Positions 1 through 10,100 of a DNA stretch of 26,943 nt are shown here, piece by piece; position 1 is the stretch's first letter, and every line of letters begins with the position of its first letter. Under the pieces are notes generated by a model. The model was not told the DNA's origin. It saw only the letters and a program-made list of their open reading frames with translations, and made no database searches. The translations under genes were made by a program, and so were the position numbers. The stretch spans positions 47,640,508 through 47,667,450 of the forward strand of contig JBOZIK010000001.1 of NCBI GenBank assembly GCA_051453625.1, in the 5' to 3' direction. Source of the stretch: Welwitschia mirabilis (lineage: Eukaryota).

Positions 1-162
1 TTAAATGTATATAATGTTGTATCTATACATGTAATAGGAACACATTTTTGTCCATAATCATGACCATATGATAGTTTTAGCCAAAATGTAATGTGGTCGT
101 CTGAAGTGAGAACAATCAATGTTAGTAATATGTCAATGAATATGATAACATCCAGCATTAGA

Positions 163-397
163 GTAATTTTATCCTATGTACCTAAAAGCTATGAAATGCA
201 TCGTAAATATAATGACTCTCACAAAAACCATGAATGAATCCCTGGGGATGGAGCTGCATCATAGGTCGCTATCGGTTGTAATTTTATCCAATGGACCTAA
301 GAGCAATGAAATGCATCGTAAATATAATGACTCTCACAAAAACCATGAATGAATCCTTGTGGATGGAACCGCAACATAGGTCGCTATTGGTTGTAAT
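163..397. repeat. Tandem duplication, 2 x 115 bp
   Basis: GTAATTTTATCC starts at 163 and 278, and GTAAT starts again at 393. Both units carry an identical core ATGAAATGCATCGTAAATATAATGACTCTCACAAAAACCATGAATGAATCC. Confidence 0.95.
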
Positions 398-928
398 AAA
401 GATCCACGTGAAGAAGACAAGCATCATGACTCTTCTCAACATTGGAACTGAAGCCACTTATGATACGAAATGGGCAAAACAGGACCTTTTAAAATCATGG
501 GCCTGTGGGACAAGGGACATGGGAAGGATATAAACCCACCCAAATATGGGTATTAGTGTCGGATGTTTCCGAATTTATCTCTACTTTGGGATTATAGAGT
601 TAGGATATCCATGCTACAACGTTATCACTGAAAGCCTTAAATACATTTGAGAATTTTTAGGTACAAATAGCGTTCCTATTGCAGTTTTGTCAGAGTGGCA
701 CAAGTGAAAACGTCTGGCTTCACCTTGGCATTTTGGCACTCATGAAAGCATTTTTTAGTATTGCAGTTCCAGCTCTAAAATTTAGACACTCAACCTTTCG
801 TAAATAAGGTTTCTGTCCGCAACAACCATTCAACACGTAGCTTTCATCAAAATCATAAAGCAATTTGGAAGAGCAATATATAATGACATGTCTCCTCGGT
901 CATCCGCCAGTGGCATCAGGCTAAAAAT

Positions 929-954
929 AGAGGATAATCGGAGAGGATAATCGG
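929..954. repeat. Perfect 13-bp tandem duplication in the 3' UTR
   Basis: AGAGGATAATCGG at 929-941 and 942-954. Confidence 0.9.
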
Positions 955-969
955 TATTCATCAAACAGT

Positions 970-1146
970 TCATACAACTTGTATGACAGCTGCTACACGG
1001 AGGGATCCTCGTTGGAGAATATCAGGAAGATCGTCAAAAAATAAAGCTGTCCTCCAACCCCAGCCTTTTGGTGCCTTGGGTAACAGGGTCCCAGCTTGAT
1101 CAAGGCTGCCAAATACCATAACATCTCTCTTTGATGGGCAGATAAG
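970..1146 (-). CDS. BTB-protein terminal coding exon (LICPSKRDV...VAAVIQVV*)
   Basis: Acceptor gggcAG at 1148-1147 after a T tract; TGA at 972-970; 177 nt. Confidence 0.9.
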   Translation of the reverse strand, partial: LICPSKRDVMVFGSLDQAGTLLPKAPKGWGWRTALFFDDLPDILQRGSLRVAAVIQVV

Positions 1147-4100
1147 CTGCCCAAAAAAATGAGGACATGTCAATGGAGGATCTATAACGAGTCTAATAAT
1201 TACCAGAATTTCACGAGCATCACGAAAATTTCACCTGATATCTAACAGTCACCTTCTCTCTCCTGTCAACATACAGATGTACCTAGAAAAGGGAAGTATG
1301 TATCAAAAAAAGACACACTTCTAACAGCTACAATCAGAAAGCNNNNNNNNNNNNNNNNNNNNNNNNNNNNNNNNNNNNNNNNNNNNNNNNNNNNNNNNNN
1401 NNNNNNNNNNNNNNNNNNNNNNNNNNNNNNNNNNNNNNNNNNCCAGAAAGCATGAAATAGTAAAACGAAAAGAAAACACGAAGACACCATCTATGATGCT
1501 GGAAACAGAAACTTAAACCTACCTTTTGTTGTGTATCGCTGTATTCAGCCCTACGGCGATGTAAAAATAGTCCTGAACAATGAACCAATCCCTTCATTTT
1601 TGGAAGTTCACAATAACTGACCCCTCTAAAACGAAAACTATGAGAACTATAAATAAAGTAGACTAACTAAATCATACCAAGAGTACGCCGTCCCTGGGGA
1701 TCCTCATCGTTGAAAGCCTGTACACTAAGCTGACATCAAGAAACAACACCAAAAGATATATTGTTATTGCCGACAAAACGTTTGATGTTATTTGTATTTT
1801 AAACGGAAGTTTGCGACCGAAATACACAGGCAAACAGTAAAAATAAAATACTTAAATTATGCAGTATTGATTGTAAGACGCATGGCCGACTAGTATATTT
1901 TGCTTCACTCACGCAGAAGATGTGTGGGATTCAGCATTTTTAATTTTTAACCTTACAGAATTCTCGGAACGAGTTTAAATTCTCTGTATGATGTATGTTT
2001 TTCTGCTACATTTTCTACTAATCAAAATAACATATAGAAACAAAGGAAACACAGATTGCCTTTTCACAACACTCTTAATGCCTCAGAAATACATTTTAAA
2101 AATCTTGCAATTAGAAATCCGTTACGTACCTTCCATAAAGATCCTGCATAAAAGATCTCAGGTGAATGTTTGGCTTGACCATCCCCAAGCCTATGGACAT
2201 CTTCAAATTCCATCCTACAAGTATCCAGTATATCGTATTTGTGTTACAATTATTATCATCTTCGGTGCTAAAAAGGAACGAAAAAAAAGTATTGTAATTC
2301 AGTTCGAAATGCAATTTAAAATTGTGAATCATTCGAGTGCAAGGGCAGAATGCCCCTAGGTCAGAAAACGCTAAAGATAAGCAGATAATGTGAGAGTAAG
2401 CAAGTAATTTAACCCATTTTATACATTCGAACATTCAAAGGAACAACCCCAATGTTGTCTTTCTCTGTCGCGTGTTGTCATTAAGGCACACACCTGTGGG
2501 ATGCTTCTGGACCCAATTGCAACGGTTGCTTTGGCGTCATTGTTTCCTCTTTCATAATATCTGCATCAGATTTATAGCCATGTTCATGAAAATTGCTGGC
2601 ATTTTCAGGATCACTTTGTGAATTCTTATTGATATAATCCTATATGTTTCCTTTGTCACGATATGTGCCTCGGATTCATGGTGATATTGATGACAATTTA
2701 TGGCATTTTCAGGATCACTTTTTGAATTTTTCTTGATCTTATTAAATTTGTCATATGGGTGTTCGATTTCTCACAATATCCCATGCTGTACTGCCTGTTA
2801 GAACAATCAAACCTAAGCGTAGTAAAAAATCGAGTCCAACTGGTACCACCTACAGTCATCCTTCTGTCCAATTTATGACCTCTTACCTTGCATGATGCAC
2901 CAATTCATTTTATTATTTTATATTCAGAAAGGGAACTTAGAATTTATAACATGTATTGATAAATAGATTTGTAAATATTTTGAACATTTTCACTCCAATA
3001 CGAGGCTTTCTACTATATAAGCCTCTGTTGCTTCCATTCAATATGCCAATTTTTGTTGTCTTACCCATAGAAAGGAGTAGACGCTCAACCTCACTCTGTT
3101 CCCCTTTATTGAAGGGAGGGTCAAAAAGCTATCTTTGAAACGGCAACACTTTAGCAGGTCCTTTTTACAGTTCATATTGAGTTGCTGGCAAAGCAACATT
3201 CAACAGCAGTGAAATTATAAAGAAAAGAACGAGAAAAGAGAGAGGAGATTTCATGTGGCTCGGCAACAACCTGCCTAAATCCATGACAAAGGAGTTCAGA
3301 ACCTTTGTTCAAGCAATGTAGCACCTAACATCCCTAGGGCAAATAGAGACAACCTCCTCTTCCTCCCCACCAAAGCCCATACATAAATGATCTAAATAGA
3401 AGAATACAAAAGTAAAGCCTAAAAGTGACTTTTTTTAAATGAAATTTGGAACATTTCATTGCTGATTTATAACAGAAAGACAACTCTCACAAAAACAGGG
3501 GAAGTTGACCTGAGAAGAAACAGGTCACTTTAGAAGCTGTGAAAAAAAAATGGGGGGAAAAAGAGGTCCTGAGGCATTGTGGACCGCCTAGGTGAGCTTT
3601 CAGGAGGGGAAGCCACGGAAGGCGGCAGATCATCTGCGGCTGTCCAGTGACTTTAATGGCTGAGGCTGTGGGAAATCTCCATTGATGAATCAACCAACCT
3701 TATAAGAGATGGGCTATAAAGCATAGGAGCCATATGTTGAAGGGCTTCGAATTTCTGGCAGCAGGCTTGAGAAGCTTCAGGATACAGATCTTGTGCCTCA
3801 GCTCGGATCGCTATGTCCCTGGGAGAGGCGCTTGCAGCAATAGCTTGAGCTAAATCTTTAAAGGAAACAAGAGCATAGATTAGCAGTTTCCTGTTTTCTT
3901 ATCTCTCCAGAACAACAGGAAGAGAACTGGGAATCAAACCAGTGAAATTAATCAATCCTGCTTCTCAGAAATTGTGGACAGATGCCTACAAGCTGACACC
4001 AAGCGCGGTTTTTCTGAGTGTCTTTCAGCTTCTGGATGGATGAGAGTTTGATCATAAGTTGGGTCTGGATTTCTTTGATCATTTGAGTGACATTGAACTC

Positions 4101-7100
4101 TGTCTGGTTGAAGAGTTTCGCGTTCCTGCCTTGCCAAACATGATACGTGCAAGCGGTGAATAAGGACTTGATGATGCTATGCTGAGAGGATCTAGATCTG
4201 GCTCACTGCTTTAGCCAGATCATCAGGGTAGACCACAAAACTGTAGGGGGTTGCAAGTGAATCAGACTCAATGCTGACCGGAGAAGCTGAGAGCAGGGGG
4301 GCATGCAAACAAGATGTGGTTTTTGGTTTCTTCAGTCAAACCGCAAAGAACACACATAGGAACAGTCTGAAGACCAAACTTGATCAATCTATCCTTGGTG
4401 AACAGGGTTATTGCAGGCTACCCAAGTAATAAAGGATTGTTTTGGTAAAGCAAATTTGTTCCAAACCAGAGAGAACCAGTTTACCTTAGGAGCCTGTCCA
4501 CGTAGCTGCAAGTAAGTTGAGAAGGTGGAGAAATGTTGACCAGATGCGGTCCAAACCAGAGCACTGCTGTTTGGATATACCTTCCTACTTGACATCTGCG
4601 TNNNNNNNNNNNNNNNNNNNNNNNNNNNNNNNNNNNNNNNNNNNNNNNNNNNNNNNNNNNNNNNNNNNNNNNNNNNNNNNNNNNNNNNNNNNNNNNNNNN
4701 NCACGTATGCTTAAAATATCTAAATATTCTTTTAACTATACACAGATGTGATTCCTTTGGATTAGACTGATATCTAGCACAAATGCCTATGCAAAAAGCG
4801 ATATCAGGCCTACTTGAAGTCAAATATAATAAGCTACCACTCATGCCTCTATAGAGCCTTTGGTCTATTAATTTACCTAAATCATCCTTACTAATTTTAT
4901 CTGTAGAAGACATGGGGATGGTGACTTCTTTGGCATTCTCAAATTTGTACTTAGCTAACATATTTTGATTGACTTATAAATATTCCATTTGCAAGTTGCT
5001 TAATCTACAGACCTAGAAAATCAAGTTCTTCAAGTATGCTCATCTCAAACTCCTTTTGCATGGTTTTTGAAAACTCCTTTGTTAATTTTTCATTAGTTGC
5101 TCCAAACACTATATCCTCAACATAAATGTGAATGATAAGAATAACACTGTCAGATTTTTAATAAACAAAGTAGGATGAACATTACCACATTTAAGCCCAT
5201 GCTTTACTAANNNNNNNNNNCTCTAGGAGCTTGTTTGAGCCCATATAAGGCCTTCTTGAGCTTAAACATATGTTTAGGACAGTTAGCATCAACAAAATCC
5301 GGTGGTTGTTTAACAAATACTTCTTCTTCTATGAACCCATTGAGAAAAGCACTTTTTACATCCATTTGAAATAACTTAATATTAATAGCACAAGCATAAG
5401 CAAACAAAAGTCTAATAGATTCAAGCCTAGCCATAGGGGTATAGGTCTCACCATAGTCTATACCTTCCTCTTGACTATAGCTTTGTGCCACCAACCAAGC
5501 CTTGTTTGCACTATGGTACCTATTTCATCCAACTTATTTTTAAATAGCCATTTAGTACCAATAATGTGCTTACCTTTCAGCGTTGGAACCAAGTCCCCGT
5601 ACTCCATTTCTTTTGAATTGCATTAGTTTCTTTTGCATTGTTTCCATCCATTGTTCATGTTGTTCTGCTTCAGCTATATTTCTAGGTTAAGTGTGAGAAA
5701 CAAAGCAAAAATGTGCACAAACATTACTGATACCTCGTCTAGTACTAATTTCAGATTCAATATTTCCAATAATTTGGTTTGCTGGGTGATCTCTTCTAGT
5801 TCCGAGAGGTGGATTTGTGCATTTTTATGTACCAACAGTCATAGGGTTCTCATTGTCTCCTTCTTCAATATCTTTATTTAAAGCAACTTGGCTACTACCT
5901 TGATCACCATTAGTACAAGATTGTATAATATTGTCTTGTTCATCTTGGTCAAATCTGCTTTCATTGTTAGTGTCTACAAGTTTTACATGTATAGTTTCTT
6001 CAACTTTATTAGATTCAGAGTTTTATAGCTTCTTAAACTTTATTAGATTCAGAGTTAAAAACTCTGTAAGCTTTACTTTTTGAAGAATAGCTAAGAAATA
6101 TACCACGTATACCTTTAGGCTGAAATTTGCTTGGAACTTTATCATTTAAAATAATACATTTACTTTTAACAATAGGTTTCTTACCATTCCATAGCTCATA
6201 AGGAGTGCTATGAGTATTGGATCTCAAGAAAACTTTGTTGGATATATAACAAGCAGTACTTATCGCTTTTGCCCATGGCCATCTTCAAGCATTGTTCTTG
6301 CCATTTCTATTAACACTTTATTCTTTCGTTCTGCAACTCCATTTTGTTGTGGAGTACTTGGAGTTAAAAATTGATGAAATATGCCATAGTTATCACAGAA
6401 ATTGATGGAACTTTCATTATCAAGCTCACTTCCATGGTCTAATTTAATTCTCTTTACGGCATGTGCCTTTTCATTTTGGATTTTCCTACAATGTCTGTAA
6501 AACTTATTAAACGCATCAGATTTCGAGTACATGATTCAACCCATGTATTTCTAGTGAAATCATCAATGACCACCATAAAGTATCTCTTACCTCTAAGGCT
6601 TTTTACCTTTGAAGGACCCACAAGATCTAAATGCAACATGTTTAATGGTTCCTTTGTGGATATACATTTTTTGGTTCGCATGGTGACTTTGATATTTTCC
6701 TTGTCTGACAATGCTGATAAAATTCAAAATTTGTAAAATTTAGTTTAGCCAAGCTCTTACTAATTCCTTTTGATATATGGTCCACATATTTTTAACATTG
6801 GAGTGCTTCACTCTTCTGTGGCATAGCCTTTCACCCCTTTCTTGAGTGAAGCCACACATTTCTTCATTATGAGATTTTCATCCAATAGAATATAGATTTC
6901 CTAATCTATAGGCAACTAAAAGGACTTTGTTATTTGAAATAGTGTTCACAACACATTTATCTTTGTCAAAAACAACCGTATTACCTTTATCACACATTTG
7001 AGCAATCCTAAGAAGATTATGCTTTAAGCCATCAACATATAAAACATCTTCAATCTTAGGTATATCGTATTCACATACCATTCCTTTACCTATGGTGGCT

Positions 7101-10100
7101 GCCTTTCTCTTTTTTTTTTTATTTTGAATGAAATTTGGAACATTTCATTGCTGATTGATAATATAAAGACAACTCTCACAAAAACAGAGAAAGTTGACCT
7201 GAGAAGAAAAAAGAAACAGGTCACTTTAGTAAGCTATAGAAAAAACAAGGGAAAAAGAGATTCTGAGGCATTAGCAGACCGCCTGGGGAAGCAACTGAGC
7301 TTTCATGAGGGGAAGCCAGGGGAGGCAGCAGATCATCTGTGGCTGGCCAAGGTCTTTGATTGCTGAGCCTGGAGCAAATCTCCTTAGAGGAAGGAGGAGA
7401 AATTGCCAGACATCGAACTGGGGCAACCTTATGGAAACATGGGCTGCTAATCTTAACAGCCATATGCTTGGAGAGCTTGAAATTGCTGGCAGCAGGCTTG
7501 TGAAGCCTCAAGATACAGAACTCCTTCTTCAGCTCAAATTTTTTGATATGTCCCTAAGAGATGCTCTTGCAAAAACTGCTTGAGCTAATCCTTTAAAGGA
7601 AACAGGAGCATAGATTAGCAGTTTTCTGCCTTCTTACCTCTCTAGAACAACAGGAAGAGAACAAGGAATCAAACCGGCGAGATTAGTCAATCCTTCTTCT
7701 CAGAAATTGTGGAGAGATGCCTACGAGCTGACACCAAGCATGCTTTTTCTGAGTGTCTTTTAGCTTCTTGATGGATGAGAATTTGATCATTAGCTAGGTT
7801 TTGATTTCTTTGATCATGTGAACGACATTGAACTCTGTTTGGTTGAAGAGCTTCGCTTTCCTGCATCGCCAAACATGATAGGTGCAAGCGGTGATTAGGA
7901 ACTTGATGATGCTATGCTGAGAGGATCTAGACCTGGCTCGTTGCTTTAGCTAGATCATCAGGGTAGATCACGAAACTATAAGGGGTTGTAGATGAATCAG
8001 ATTCAATGCTGACTAGAGAAGCTAAGAGCGCGCGGGCGGGGGGTTGGGGGGGGGAGGAGGAAGGAGCATTCAAAGAAGATGTGGTTTCTTGTTTCTTCAG
8101 CCAAACCGTAAAGAACACAGGTAGGATCACTTGGAAGACCAAACTTGATCAATCTATCCTTGGTGATCAGTCTGTTATTGCAGGCTAGCCAAGTAATAAA
8201 GGATTGTTTTGGTAAAGCAAATTTGTTCCAAACTAGAGAGAACCAGTCTACCTTGAGGGCTTGTCCACGTAGCTGCAAATAAGTTGAGGAGGTGGAGAAA
8301 GGCAAACCAGTTGCGGTTCAAACCAGAGCATAGCTGACGAATTGGATACACCTCCTGCTTGACATCTGAGCTTTAGAATTTTTTTAATGATCCAAGAGGT
8401 GTTTTGCTTCACTTGATATTGCCAGACGTCTGAATCTCTAAAATAATACTCATTACACCATTTAACTCAGAGGCTATCTTTTTTGAGAGCTAAATCCCAT
8501 AGCTGAGTTAGCACTAAAGCTTTGTTCATCAAGACACTGTGAGTTAAGCCAAATCCACCTGCTACTTTTGGCTTCACCAAATTATGCCAAGTTAAATGGG
8601 CCTTCTTGGAATGATCAGGTGAACTTGTCCAAAGGAATCTTCTGCATAAAGAATTAATTTGAAAGAGGACCTTCTTAGGAAGAAGAAACACCCTGCACCA
8701 GAAAGAAGACAAGGACTGAAGCACAACTTTGACTAAAACAAGTCTACCAGCATAAGAGAGGAATTTTGTAGTCCATTGTCTGATTCTCTCAGTTACCCTG
8801 AGAATTAGAGGTAAGCAATCTGCAATAGAGAGTTTCTTGGAGGAGAGAGGTACTCCAAGATATTTAACTGGAAGGGTGCCTTCAGAGAAACTCAACAATT
8901 GAAGATAAAGATCTTTTTGCCCCTAAGATATGCCTCCAAAGAATGCCTGCCTCTTGGAAAGGTTTGCCTCAAGCCTAGATACATTTGAGAAATGATCCAA
9001 AGCTTGTTTCATACAACGAATGGAGTTAACATCACCTCTACAAAATAAAAAAAGATAATCAGCATAGCACAGGTGATTGATTTGAAGCTTATGACATTTT
9101 GGGTGGAAATGAAACAAGGTGTCCTTAGCCATTTTCTTAAGGCTCCTAGATAGGTACACTCCATAACCAGGGAAAACAGGTAGGGGGGCATTGGATCTCA
9201 TTGCCTAAGACCCCTTTTACCTGGGAAATAACCTGACAATTCACCATTAACAATGATTTAAAAATAAGGGATGGTAATACAAGCTCGAATCCAGCTGATC
9301 ATTTTGTATGGGAAGCCTAGACCTTCCAAAAGGTGATTGAGAAAGGTCCATGATACTAAATCATAGGCCTTTCTTAGATCCACCTTGAGAGCACACCTTG
9401 GGCTTATGTGCCTCTTGCATAATATTGGACAAGTTCTTGAGCCAGAAGGATGTTATGAATGATGCTTCTTTGAGGAATGAAGGCCCCTTGATTTACTCCC
9501 ACAATAGATTTAGTAACTCCTTTAAGCCTCTGCGAAATTATGTTTGAGATGGCTTTTTAGATCACATTGCAGTAAGTAATTGGTCTGAAATTTGAGGCCA
9601 CATTAGGACAGGCATTTTTGGGGATCAAAGCGATGGCGGTGGAGTTGATACTCTTTGGCATGTTGTAGTCATAGAAAAAAATTTTGATGGCCTTGCATAA
9701 ATCTTCGCCTATAATGTTCCAAGAGGTTTTTAAAAATTTTGCAAAAAAACCATCAGGCCAGGGGGCTTTATCGTTACCAATCATAGAAAATGCATTTCTA
9801 ATTTCAGTAGATGAGATAGGCCTACATAACTCCATACACTAATCTTCACTAACTTTGGGTCTAGCATTTAAAATTAATTGATCTAACTTTTCTACTCTTA
9901 CCTCATTTCCTAGGAGGCTCTGAAAAAAGGAAATGAGCTCATGGTGGACAGCATCAGGTTGATCAAGCAGTGTGCCATTAACATCGTGTATGGAGTTAAT
10001 AGACGAAATATATTGCCTTTGCTTCAGACAAGCATGAAAGTAAGCTGAATTTAGATCTTCTTGTGCCCATCTAATCTTAGCTCTTTGCTTATTGAGAAGG

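Noticed and set aside
163-397. CRISPR-like array (also 23323-23423)
   Set aside because: These are head-to-tail units without unique spacers, in a eukaryotic intron/TE context with no cas genes.
1266-1597. ORFs 1266..1490 and 1334..1597
   Set aside because: They are read through Ns; only 1523-1572 is a real exon here.
4389-4961. 190-aa ORF apparently fusing Copia RT to LINE zf-RVT
   Set aside because: The join lies within a 100-N gap of arbitrary length, so the in-frame fusion is not evidence of a chimeric protein.
7305-7583. Antisense ORF in the LINE 3' UTR
   Set aside because: The frame is not preserved in copy A (indels).
7927-8142. LAKATSQV* as the ORF2 terminus
   Set aside because: The conserved YHVW..R..LF motif and synonymous differences between the copies continue to the shared TAA at 7683.
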